Source: Armatimonadota bacterium
Lineage (GTDB): Bacteria > Armatimonadota > SYMT01
Length of the DNA stretch: 64,000 bases
NCBI GenBank assembly: GCA_046292385.1
Contig: JBKBRF010000015.1
Coordinates: 32,001-96,000, forward strand
Direction: 5' to 3'
Shown here: positions 49,620-59,800 of the stretch, piece after piece
Layout of the letters: each line of letters opens with the position of its first letter
Position numbering within the stretch: the stretch's first letter is position 1
Program-made: the position numbers and the translations under genes
The notes under the pieces: model-generated
The model's input: only the letters and a program-made list of their open reading frames with translations
The model's database searches: none
Told to the model about the DNA's origin: nothing

Positions 49620-50353
49620 GGCCGCCGCACCTCTAGGCCGAGTTGAACGAGCAACCGGCGGGCGTCGTCGGAGTGGAAAGCACTCACCGGGAGGCCGGTG
49701 ATCCGGCTGACCAGCCACTTTGGCGCGACCCGCATCCCGTCGATTTCCACACACCACCCCTGAAAGCGTGCTGCTCCGGCGGGATCCTCTTGCAGCCCCG
49801 CTCCGGCCGCAGCCGAGACGAGATTCGGATTCCTGCTGACGTACACTCCCCGGAAGCGGATCGTGTCCGCCGCTGAGTCTACTCTCACCGTGGGAGGAAC
49901 CGGCGCCCTGCCGTGGAGCCAGTCGTGAAGCATCGACAATCTTCTTCCGGAGGAGCCGGTCAGAATGCGCACTGGCACCCCGGTTGAGGCTACCGGGAAT
50001 CCGGTCAGTGCGTCGAGGTAGAACTTTCCGACCGCGACACAGACCTCGTTCACCTCTTGCTCAACCACTACACGCTCAAGGGTCTCCACCGTCGTCCGCT
50101 GGAGTTCGTGGGCGCGATGGCGAGTCATCGTTCGATCGTACCACGGGATCAGCTTGTCTGCCGGGATCAAACCGAACTCCGCGGAGAGAATGTATAGCGC
50201 TGGTCGCCCGGTGCCGCCTGCACGTATACCCTCGCGCAGGAATCGACGGACAAGGCGGAAGGATGGCCCGTCGTATCGCTCGACGGCCGGCAGGAGCGCT
50301 GTGTCAAGCCGCTTGCGTTCGCTACATCCAAGGATCAGGGCAGAGCCAGGCAT
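49616..50353 (-). CDS. DUF6884/YaaA-like protein with C-terminal extra domain
   Basis: ILGCSERK...PAVERYDGPSF...YILSAEFGLI...WYDRTM; ATGA overlap with nurA. Confidence 0.75.
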   Translation of the reverse strand: MPGSALILGCSERKRLDTALLPAVERYDGPSFRLVRRFLREGIRAGGTGRPALYILSAEFGLIPADKLIPWYDRTMTRHRAHELQRTTVETLERVVVEQEVNEVCVAVGKFYLDALTGFPVASTGVPVRILTGSSGRRLSMLHDWLHGRAPVPPTVRVDSAADTIRFRGVYVSRNPNLVSAAAGAGLQEDPAGAARFQGWCVEIDGMRVAPKWLVSRITGLPVSAFHSDDARRLLVQLGLEVRRP

Positions 50354-50553
50354 CGAATCCTCTTGGCCAGACAGCAGGATTGTCGGCGTGAAACCGATCG
50401 CTCGTTTCTTCTGGGAGCAAAGGGGCCAGGGGGCTCCTCGGCGCACAACAAAAGAAATGGGCCGAGCGTGTAACACCCTGGCCCCTTCGCGACCATTCCG
50501 TAGTGGGGCCGACCAGGTGGCCCGTTTCAGGTCGTTGAGCGAGACAACTCCCG

Positions 50554-51192
50554 ATGCGTCCGCCATCCCTTCAAGAGCCGGATCTGAAGAGCGACACCCT
50601 CTCCCATGCGATCGAGCAGGAGATGTCCTCGCTCATGGCCGGCATTCGGGTCCTGGTGTCGCGTTCCGGCCTGGCGACAGGCGCGGCAGAGATCGAGTCT
50701 CTGGCCGAAGACACCTTTCAGGATGTCGTCCTCAAAGTGATGGCCCACCGGAACGCCTACAATGAGGGGCGTCCGCTCCGTCCCTGGTTCATGAAGTTCG
50801 TCGTGAACCATCTCAAGAACCTGCGCGGCAGCAGGAAGCGTCGGAGCGCCACGGTGACACCCGTTGCCGAGACCCGCCGAGTTCGAGCGGCGCTTGCCAC
50901 GTCCGAGGTGGGCGCAGACGATCTCTCAGAAGCCGAGATGTTCGACCTGCTCGCGCAAGGGTGCGGCTCGCAGCCCCCCGGGGACGCGGGCTGGAACATG
51001 CTGATTTCCCTAGCGCTGGAGCGGGATCGGGAGATCCTGACGATGCGGTTCCGGTATGGGTTGGAGTATGCGGAGATCGGGCAGGCGCTGGAGATCACCG
51101 CCGGGACAGCCCGCACGCGCGTCTGCCGCGTCCTGGAGCGCCTGCGTCAGGCCTACCGGGAGAGCGAGCGCTTCGCGGGAGGAGGGTCCTGA
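50554..51192 (+). CDS. ECF-type RNA polymerase sigma factor
   Basis: AEDTFQDV...RPWF..VVN (region 2); DREIL..RF..GLEYAEIGQAL...TARTR (region 4). Confidence 0.88.
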   Translation: MRPPSLQEPDLKSDTLSHAIEQEMSSLMAGIRVLVSRSGLATGAAEIESLAEDTFQDVVLKVMAHRNAYNEGRPLRPWFMKFVVNHLKNLRGSRKRRSATVTPVAETRRVRAALATSEVGADDLSEAEMFDLLAQGCGSQPPGDAGWNMLISLALERDREILTMRFRYGLEYAEIGQALEITAGTARTRVCRVLERLRQAYRESERFAGGGS

Positions 51193-51193
51193 G

Positions 51194-51805
51194 ATGCACA
51201 AGCCGATGGATGCAGATACGCTCCGACGTGAGCGGCTTGCCTACCGGTACGTCCGTGCGCTGGACCGGGGGGACCTCGAGGACGTCGAGGCGGTTCTAGA
51301 GGCGGCGATGGACGATCCGCTGCTTTCCCATGCGCTTTCCGAGATTGACCTCGCCTATCAGGACGAGCTATCCCTGGTTCCAGCTCCTGCAGACGTACGA
51401 TTGGTACGAGAGCTGCTGCGAAAACACTTCAATAGCGCCGGCTCGGATGAGGCTGAAGAGGAGTTAGCGGAAGAGCCGCTGACTGTGAGCGATGTAGCCG
51501 TGCGCCTGCAGCACGAGAAGCGCGTCCCTGCCGGAGATCGTGAGGCCAACCGGCGTCTCCTTGGCAGCCATCTCGTGGTCCCGGGCTTTCTGAATTTAGA
51601 GGCCGTCCGACAGCTTGCGCGGGAAACCGGTGTGGAGGCCAGCGAGCGCTTCTGGCGGCTCTTCCGAGAGACGGCCATCATGCTGGGCATCGGCCGCAGC
51701 CATCAGCAATCGCAAATGGCAGCGGCGCGGGAGCAGCGGCATAAGTCACAAGCAGCGAAGCCACCGTCGCAGTTGAGGTCCCAGTGCGAGGAGATACAGG
51801 AATGA
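51194..51805 (+). CDS. Hypothetical protein between sigma and ImmA (candidate anti-sigma or protease substrate)
   Basis: GGAGG RBS; tightly coupled to both neighbours. Confidence 0.7.
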   Translation: MHKPMDADTLRRERLAYRYVRALDRGDLEDVEAVLEAAMDDPLLSHALSEIDLAYQDELSLVPAPADVRLVRELLRKHFNSAGSDEAEEELAEEPLTVSDVAVRLQHEKRVPAGDREANRRLLGSHLVVPGFLNLEAVRQLARETGVEASERFWRLFRETAIMLGIGRSHQQSQMAAAREQRHKSQAAKPPSQLRSQCEEIQE

Positions 51806-52593
51806 GTCAAACTCTCGGCTCGCAGCCTCGGTGCCGCCGGATCGCCGACGCCATTCACTGCGTGTATGCCGATGCGGGCCTCGCCCCGACCGCCGGGCGC
51901 CCGGGTGCCACTCGGCTGATTGTGCCGTTGTACGAGCTGATCAACGCCTACCCTCTGCGGGTCGCGGAGATCCGCAATCTGACCTATGGGTCCGCCCGAG
52001 AGTTCCTGCTAACGGAAACCCAGCAGGAAGTGCCGGTTCCCGAGAACAGCGGATGCCCCCTGGCCGGTTTTCTATACATCTATCGCTACGCCGGGTTCTT
52101 CTACGGATGCGTGCTCCTGGAGCAAGGGGACCCTGTATCCAGACGGCGGTTCTCCGCGGCGCATGAACTCGGGCACTACCTGCTGCACTTCCTGCCGCTG
52201 CTCCGGGAGTTGGAAGGCCAGGCGGCACGCCCCTGCGTCATCACGGAAGGGCTCGCCGTGTCAGCAGACCCGGATGCTGCACCACCAGTGGGTGAGGTTC
52301 GGTTCACAGAGTCCTTTGGGGCTGCAGCGACACAGCCCGTTCTTGACCGAGAGGTCATGGAGGACGAAGCCAACGAGTTCGCCGCGGAACTGCTGATGCC
52401 GGAACCGGCCGTCCGGCTGATGGCGGATCGCTATCGTCGCGAAACCGGGGCGCGGCGCCAAGTGTTGGCGCGGCGGCTGGCACCCGAGTTCCTGGTGAGC
52501 CGCCAGGCAATGATCCGGCGGCTCGAGACACTGGGACTACCCACGGCCCAGCGTGTGCCGGGAACCGTCGGTTCGGGGCTGGCGGGAGAGTGA
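51802..52593 (+). CDS. ImmA/IrrE-family metallopeptidase
   Basis: RRRFSAAHELGHYLLH and EDEANEFAAELLMP. Confidence 0.92.
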   Translation: MSQTLGSQPRCRRIADAIHCVYADAGLAPTAGRPGATRLIVPLYELINAYPLRVAEIRNLTYGSAREFLLTETQQEVPVPENSGCPLAGFLYIYRYAGFFYGCVLLEQGDPVSRRRFSAAHELGHYLLHFLPLLRELEGQAARPCVITEGLAVSADPDAAPPVGEVRFTESFGAAATQPVLDREVMEDEANEFAAELLMPEPAVRLMADRYRRETGARRQVLARRLAPEFLVSRQAMIRRLETLGLPTAQRVPGTVGSGLAGE

Positions 52594-52597
52594 CGCG

Positions 52598-53641
52598 ATG
52601 GGCCTGAGCGACTTCATTCAGAACTACGGCGGTCGTCGGGTAGACGAATATGCTCAGCAGCCATCTCTTGAGGGGGAGCCTGCTGACGACAGCGAAGAGC
52701 CCGAGGATGCCGAAGGTCTGGACTACGAGGTTCCGCGCGAGGATTGGGACGCGGTGGACCTCGACCTGCCGGACGGCTGGAGGGTGGGCGACTGGGACGA
52801 CCGCCCGATCCGCTTCGTCGACGGGAAGGACATAGGGGAGACCGTCGCGTGGCTATGCGCTCCGGGTGGCTATCCCGTGCCGGTGCGGCTCTCGCAGATC
52901 GGCGGAGTGGTGGTTCGGCTGATCAATGGCGAGTGCCGACGCGAGTTCGTGGTCGTGGACAAGGTTGTTTCGATGGTGGCGGACCTCTTTCCGTGGGATG
53001 AGGTCGAGAGTTTCGCTGCCGAGCTTCAGGAGAACGGCTTCCGCCTTCTTCCGGCGCAGCCACCAGAAAACCGCCCTTCCTATGGTTTTGAGAAGATGCG
53101 TAAGGCAGCCCAGAACCGCTCGAACGACGAGATGGGGGTCCTCGAGGAGGCGGTCTTGGCGCAGGACCCGGGTGTGCCCACCATCGTGGATGGCCGCCTC
53201 GAGCCCCGCATCGGGGGTTTCGATCCGCACGAGCCGGTTTTCGGAGTGGTGAAGCGGCACCACAAGAACTACCTCCATCCGGTAGGCATGCAGCTTCTGT
53301 ATCAGTTGGAGCCAGGCCAGCGAACCCCAGTGTTCCGACTGCCTGGTCGCTTGGAAGTGGTCTCCTGGTACGTGCGCCTCGCCGGCGGTGCCGGGTCGAT
53401 GCCGAACTGGGGCCTGGTTCGGGTGGAGGCACCGCGGCTGTGGTTTGAACGGCGGGCAAGGGACTGGAGCCTGGTGGACCGGCTTTCGCACACGCTTCGC
53501 GAATACCGCTGCCGCGACGCCAGCTATGCGCGAGCGCCCGTTTCTCTCCATCCGATTGTGCGTGCGGAGGAGAGTCTTGGGTCTCTGTTCCATCCAGGCA
53601 GCTTGCTGACCCATCGGTTCTACCGACTGACAGCTCTGTAG
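52598..53641 (+). CDS. Second NurA-like nuclease
   Basis: RFVDG, IVDGRL, GVVKRH, GQRTPVF and RAPVSLHPI..E. Confidence 0.75.
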   Translation: MGLSDFIQNYGGRRVDEYAQQPSLEGEPADDSEEPEDAEGLDYEVPREDWDAVDLDLPDGWRVGDWDDRPIRFVDGKDIGETVAWLCAPGGYPVPVRLSQIGGVVVRLINGECRREFVVVDKVVSMVADLFPWDEVESFAAELQENGFRLLPAQPPENRPSYGFEKMRKAAQNRSNDEMGVLEEAVLAQDPGVPTIVDGRLEPRIGGFDPHEPVFGVVKRHHKNYLHPVGMQLLYQLEPGQRTPVFRLPGRLEVVSWYVRLAGGAGSMPNWGLVRVEAPRLWFERRARDWSLVDRLSHTLREYRCRDASYARAPVSLHPIVRAEESLGSLFHPGSLLTHRFYRLTAL

Positions 53642-53652
53642 ACGCGAGGAGG

Positions 53653-55566
53653 ATGACGATGAGCGAAGAAGTGCACGTCCAGACGCTGGATACGGTGGAT
53701 GGGGATTTCCGCAATGACGGTCGCTCGGACAACACCGGACAGGCTGCCGGAATGCCTGAGGAAGCCGCTGGAGGCCCCACGATCATAGTCCAGGCAGGCA
53801 CCCATGAGATCGGGAAGGTCGCCTCACCCCCGCAGCGGGAGTCGACGCCGGACCAATTCTACTTCTGGATTGACCGCGAAGAACTGGTCGAGCGGACCCA
53901 GATCGTCCGTACGCAGAGCCGGGTGGGCGGCCAGGAGATCGACTTCTACGGCATCGTGGATGAAGTGTACCGTCAGAGCCGCAGGCGGAGCATCGGGGAA
54001 GAGGCGGACGTATCCGATCAGGATGTCTCGTACGATCCTCCGTTCGCCGGGGAAGGCGTCACCTTCGCTCAGGCCAGCATCCTCCGTGCGGAGCCGCCGG
54101 TCCTGACCCCACCGCGCGAGCAGAGCCGCGTGTACCTCGGAGGCGAGTTTGAGGCACGCCTAGCCTACGGAGCCGATGAGATCGAGAATCCGCTTCCGGT
54201 AGGGCTGGTGAAGAACGGTGGGAGCGTAGTGGCAGGTCCTGGAGTAATCGACCTGGACTACCTGCTCGGCGTGAACGGCGGACACATGAACGTGAACGGA
54301 GTAGCAGGGCGCGGGACGAAGTCCAGCTTCCTCCTCTTCACCATCGCTATGCTGCTCCGCGAGGTGCGACAGCGCGCCGCGGAGGCGCCGTCCGATCCGA
54401 ACCCGCTGCTGGTAGTGCCGATCGTGCTTAACGTGAAAGGCTACGACCTTTTCTACATCGACCGCTGGAGCCGCCGTTACGATCCTGATCGGGATCTGGC
54501 GGATTGGAGAGCGCTTGGCGTGCAGACCCCGGTCCCGTTCCAGGGAGTCGAGTTCTACGCTCCCCAGCAGCCCGGTAACACGACGCCCGTGCCAATCCAA
54601 GGGAGGGGTGATGTCCAAGCGTATAGCTGGAGCCTGTCAGATGTCATCGAGAGCGGTCTGCTTCTCTATCTCTTTTCGGACGAGGACAGCCGGGATGCCA
54701 ACTTCAGTGCCCTCGTGCTGGACATCGAGGAGCGTCTGACGGTGGAGACGCCGCAGCCAGATGGGACACTCCGGCGGCGACTTCGCGAGGAGGGACTTCC
54801 AGCTACGTTTCAGGAGTTGCTGGATTGGGTCGCCGGGCCCGGACAGAGCCTGCTCGGAGGTCACCACGCTGGGACTTGGGGGAAGCTGCGCCGCCGCCTC
54901 GTGAAGTTGGTGATCGAAGGAGATGGGGTCCTGCGGCGCAATGACCGTACCGGCAACCCCCTGGCCGTGGCCCGGCGGGAGACGTGCGATCCGATTGTGG
55001 TGGACCTGAATGCACTCACGCGGGTGCCGTCGCTCCAGCGGTTCGTGGTTGCAACGATCTTACGGCAGCTGGTCGACGCCCGCACCGGGCCGAACGCGGT
55101 CCGTGGATTGGTCTATGTGGTCGCCCTCGACGAACTGAATCGATTCGCTCCGCGGGGCTCGCGCGACCCGATCACCCAATTGATCGAGCAGGTCGCGGCC
55201 GAGATGCGTTCCCAGGGAATCATCTTGCTGGGCGCGCAGCAGCAGGCCTCGAAGGTCTCTGAGCGGGTCATCGAAAACGCCAGCATCCGTGTTCTGGGCC
55301 GCAGTGGAAGCCTGGAGCTCTCCCAGCCGGTGTGGAGCTACCTCAGCAAGAGCGGACGCCGAAAGGCTGAGACGCTGAGCGTGGACGAGAAGCTCGTTCT
55401 TCAGGACAACTTCCGCGAGCCGATGCACGTGCGTGTTCCGTTTCCGTCCTGGGCGATGAACCCGCGCGAGACTGCGCCGACGCCTGCTGACTCTGCGACT
55501 CCAGCGCTGCCTCCCGGTCCAATCGGCGAGAGCGCTCAGGCGGAAGACGACATCGAGACGTTCTAA
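53653..55566 (+). CDS. Second HerA-like ATPase with variant Walker A
   Basis: HMNVNGVAGRGTKSS, LDELNRFAP and RSQGIILLGAQQ. Confidence 0.85.
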   Translation: MTMSEEVHVQTLDTVDGDFRNDGRSDNTGQAAGMPEEAAGGPTIIVQAGTHEIGKVASPPQRESTPDQFYFWIDREELVERTQIVRTQSRVGGQEIDFYGIVDEVYRQSRRRSIGEEADVSDQDVSYDPPFAGEGVTFAQASILRAEPPVLTPPREQSRVYLGGEFEARLAYGADEIENPLPVGLVKNGGSVVAGPGVIDLDYLLGVNGGHMNVNGVAGRGTKSSFLLFTIAMLLREVRQRAAEAPSDPNPLLVVPIVLNVKGYDLFYIDRWSRRYDPDRDLADWRALGVQTPVPFQGVEFYAPQQPGNTTPVPIQGRGDVQAYSWSLSDVIESGLLLYLFSDEDSRDANFSALVLDIEERLTVETPQPDGTLRRRLREEGLPATFQELLDWVAGPGQSLLGGHHAGTWGKLRRRLVKLVIEGDGVLRRNDRTGNPLAVARRETCDPIVVDLNALTRVPSLQRFVVATILRQLVDARTGPNAVRGLVYVVALDELNRFAPRGSRDPITQLIEQVAAEMRSQGIILLGAQQQASKVSERVIENASIRVLGRSGSLELSQPVWSYLSKSGRRKAETLSVDEKLVLQDNFREPMHVRVPFPSWAMNPRETAPTPADSATPALPPGPIGESAQAEDDIETF

Positions 55567-55596
55567 TCGGCGCCTCGGCCACTCCAGAGGGAAGTC

Positions 55597-56832
55597 ATGC
55601 GGATCCTGCACACAGCTGACTGGCATCTGAACAACCGGCTCGGCCGAATTGAGCTGCAACCGAACATCCGGGCGCGGCTTGAGGAGATCGCCGCCATCCT
55701 GCGGGGGGAGAAGATCGACGTCATGGTGGTAGCCGGCGACCTGTTCAGCCACTTCACGCGGATGGATGAACTGCGGACCGCTGTCCAAGATGTGAACCGC
55801 ATCTTCAAGCCGTTCCTGATGGACGGCGGGACGATCGTAGCGATCAGCGGCAACCATGACAATGAGGCACTGTTCCAGATGCTCCGGCTAGCGATGGATC
55901 TGGCCTCGCCGATCAATCCCAAGGACAGTGGACCGCGCCCGCCCGGGCGCCTCTATCTAGCGGCTGATCCGACGTATTTGCTGCTGGCCGACCGAGACGG
56001 AAACCCGGTTCAGTTCGTGCTGCTTCCCTATCCCACTGCCGCCCGCTACCTTCGAGACGAGCAGACGCGTTACGGGAGCCTGGACGAGAAGAATCAACGC
56101 CTCCACGGCGCACTGCTGAGCAGATTAGAGCAGATCCAGGCTACGCGCATCCGGCCCAAGCTCCCAAGCGTTCTCGTCTCTCATGTCCACGTGCGCGGCA
56201 GCACGATCCACACTACCTACCAGATCAGCGAACGAGAAGACGTGATCTTCGAGCAAGGGGAGATTCCCGTCCATTGGGCTTATGGCGCCTACGGCCATAT
56301 CCATAAGTCCCAGGCACTCGACGGTACAGGACACATCCGCTACGCCGGGAGCATCGAACGCTTCGACTACGCCGAACGAGAAGACGAGAAGGGTGTGGTC
56401 GTGGTCGAGGTGGGTAGGCAGGGTCGCGTCGGTTCGCCGCAGGTCATCCCCCTCGATGCAACTCCGATCCACCGCATCGAACTCGAGATCGAGGATCCAG
56501 AACGCGACCTTTCGATCCTGAAGGACCAGTACTCCGCGGAAGCCACTCGAGCGCTCGTCTCCTATCGGGTTGTTTACCGACCTGGCGAGCACGACCGAGA
56601 TGCTATCCGGAGGGAAATCGAGCGACTGTTCCCGTTTTGGTACGCCGGCGAAGCCGTGCCGGCCGGTTCGGCGCTGAGTGGAAGCCCGATCGACCTGCCC
56701 TCGCAGCCGCGCGATGTCCTGGGCACCGTCCAGGAGTATTTGCGCTCGCAGGTGCCTGCGGAGGACCGTGACCGCGAGGCGCTGCTGGTCTTGGCCGAGC
56801 AGTTGTGGCTGGAGAGGGGGGTAGAGGTATGA
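55597..56832 (+). CDS. sbcD: Mre11/SbcD nuclease
   Basis: HTADWHL, AGDLF, GNHD, GHIH and YAGS. Confidence 0.93.
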   Translation: MRILHTADWHLNNRLGRIELQPNIRARLEEIAAILRGEKIDVMVVAGDLFSHFTRMDELRTAVQDVNRIFKPFLMDGGTIVAISGNHDNEALFQMLRLAMDLASPINPKDSGPRPPGRLYLAADPTYLLLADRDGNPVQFVLLPYPTAARYLRDEQTRYGSLDEKNQRLHGALLSRLEQIQATRIRPKLPSVLVSHVHVRGSTIHTTYQISEREDVIFEQGEIPVHWAYGAYGHIHKSQALDGTGHIRYAGSIERFDYAEREDEKGVVVVEVGRQGRVGSPQVIPLDATPIHRIELEIEDPERDLSILKDQYSAEATRALVSYRVVYRPGEHDRDAIRREIERLFPFWYAGEAVPAGSALSGSPIDLPSQPRDVLGTVQEYLRSQVPAEDRDREALLVLAEQLWLERGVEV

Positions 56833-59800
56833 TCCCGGTGCGCGTGACACTTGAAGGCTTCCTAAGCTATCGAGAGAGGCAGACGTTGGAGTTCGACGGC
56901 TCCTCGCTTTGGGTACTGGCCGGACCAAACGGCGCGGGCAAGTCCGCGATCTTCGACGCGATAACCTTTTCCCTGTTCGACACCCATCGATTGGGCAGGC
57001 AGCGAGCGGACGAGCTGATCAATCACCACTGCGATAGCCTGGAGGTGGAGTTTGATTTCCTGGGTGAGGGCACGCTCTATCGCGTCCGGCGCACGGTTCG
57101 CCGTGTGGGCCGAGGACTGCGCGCCACCCGCGAGGCCTTCCGTCTTACTGCCACTGATGAGGGGAAGGTTTCCGTTGATCCGATCCCCGGGACTGACGCG
57201 GAAGAGGGATTCAGCAGATGGATCGCCAGGACCATCGGTCTGAACTACGATGCGTTCACGTCGTCCGTGCTACTCCTCCAGGGGCAGAGCGAAGAGCTGT
57301 TGAAAGCCGCCGGCAAGAAGAAGGCCTACGAGATTCTCAAGCAACTGATCGATCTCTCGCCCTACGAGCAGTTGCATGTGCTTACAGACGCTCGCCGGAA
57401 GCACTGGGATGGGCAAAAGAAGGGATGGACGAACACCCGCGACGGCATCGCTCCGGTAAGTGACGAGGCGCTGGAGGCAGCGGAGAAGGAGCTTCGAGCC
57501 GCAGTGGAGGTGTGGACGAAAGCGCAAGAAGCGGTCGAGCGGCTGACGGCGCTCGCGCAGCAGGCGAAGCAGTGGGAGCAGCTCTCCGGCGATCTACAGA
57601 AGCTCGAGGGAGAGATCCGAGTGGCGCGTGACCTTCTGGCGCGGGAGGAGGAGATCGTACGGAACTTTGCCCGGCTTGAGGAGCTGGAGCGGGTATTGCC
57701 GATGCTCGGTTCCATACTGGCGGAGCGCGGACGACTTGACAAGCAAGAGTCAGAATCTGAGGAGCTTGAGCAACAGTTACCCGGCCTGGAAAGTGCCCTT
57801 CAGCAAGCGGAAGCTGAACACCAGCAGACGACCGAAAAGGGGGAGCGAGTCGCGAGCCGGATCACTGATCTTCAAGCAAAGCGCGCGGAGGTCTCTCGGC
57901 GTGTCGCCGACATCGCGCCGCTGGTTACGCGGCTGGAGCACTGGGAGACTGTTCTCCAGGGTTTGAAGGAAGTCGAGGAGCAACTGGGACAGTTCCCGTC
58001 TGACTTGGCGGAGCAACTGGAGGCGGCGCGACAGAGGGACCGTGCGCTGGAGGAGGCCGAGAAGTCCTTCCCATGGCTGCGTAGCCTCACGGAAGCCCGT
58101 GAGGGGCTAGCAGGAGCATTGGGGCGGCTGAAAGCGGCGAGCGACCGGCTGCAAGAAATCGAAGCCGCCCTCAAGGGCGTGAAACAGGCGATCGGGGAGC
58201 AGTCTACACGGGTCGAACAAGCGCGAGCGGAAGTCTCGAAGATGGACGTGGTGGTTGGCCGTGCCAAAGAACGCTGCGATCAGGCACGCGAGCGCCTGGA
58301 GCTTTTCCTGGATGCCGCCACGGAACGCGTCTGCAGCCTATGCGGTCAACAGATCGACGAGACGCATGTAGCAGACGAGCGCCAGCGCCTGGAAACGGCC
58401 ACTGCAGCTGCTGCGGCCGAAGTCGAAGACGGAGAAGCCGCCTTGGTAGAGGCGCGGGGCACGCTGGGGACCGAGCAAGCTGCGCTAGCGGACCTCCAGC
58501 AGCAGGCCGATAGCCTGGAGAAGGATCGCCAGAAGGAAGAAAGAAAGCGTGACCGAGCGGAGCAGGACGCGCGGCAGCACCGCGGCCAGCTCACCAGCGC
58601 TTATGGCAACCTCTCACCAGGGTACCGCGCACGAGTCGCTGCTGCGGCTCCGCAGGATGACGCCACCTGGCTCGCCGCCTCGTTTTCGAATGAAAACGAC
58701 CTGCAAACCGCCGCGGGGGAGGCAGGCGCGCGGACGCACCACCGGCTGCACCTGAACGGGTTGGAACAGCAGCAACGCGGCAGGGAGCGGCTGGACGACC
58801 GGCGCCAGCATCTGGAAGACCAACGCCAGGAGCTGGAGAAGTCGGTTAACGTGGAGGGTATGCGAGAGGCTCGTGCCGAGAAGCCGTTACTTGAGGAGCG
58901 CCAGCAACTACTTGACGACGAGCTCGGTCGTGCCTCAAAGGAGCAGGAGGCCGCGAAGAAGGCGCTTGAAGCGGCAACACGAGCGGTTGACAGTGCTCGC
59001 CAACAAAGGGATCGTCATGCGCAGAAGCTTACGACGGCTATTGCGACCCGCGAGGAGATACGCCGCAACGTGACTGGGGCGGTCCAGAAGCTGGAAGAGA
59101 GCTGGAGGGACCTAGCCCTGGCAGCCGATGAGGCGAAGCTCAACGAGTACCAGCTCGAGAAGAAGGCCCTCGCACCGGCCCGCGAAGAGAAGCGAGCGGT
59201 GGACAGTGCCCGTGACGCGCTTGCAGGTTTGCAGAAGCGGGCTACCGAGCTCGAGGAGAAGATTGGCAGTCTCCCCCGTGAGGCGCGGCGGGCGTCCACC
59301 GAAGTGGATGCGGAGCTAAACGTGGCTCGCGCTGGGCGCGACGGCGCTGACGAGTGCCGCCGCCACGCGGACGGGCGCTACAAGGAACTGCAAGACCGCA
59401 AGCAGCGCCGAGAAGCTGCCGAGGAGAAGCTGCGGACGGCAGAGCGCCAGCACTATCTCCACAACCGCCTGACGCAGTTACTTGGTCGTGAAGGTCTGCA
59501 GCTCTCACTGTTGCGCCGAGCGGAGCGCGGCATCGTGGATCTGGCAAATGAGACCCTGGAGGGCTTGTCACGAGGTCGCCTGCACCTTGAATTGCGGAGC
59601 GATGGAGCATCCGACTCGGCGCTGGACTTGGTGGCCTACAACCTCGACACCGGACCCAAACCCGTTGCTGTGGCTCTGAACAGCGGTAGCCAAAAGTTCC
59701 GAATCGCCGTCAGCCTGGCGCTCGCCATCGGGCGCTATGCCGGGTTGGAGGCCCGCCGGATCGAGTCGGTCATCATCGACGAGGGCTTCGGCAGCCTCGA

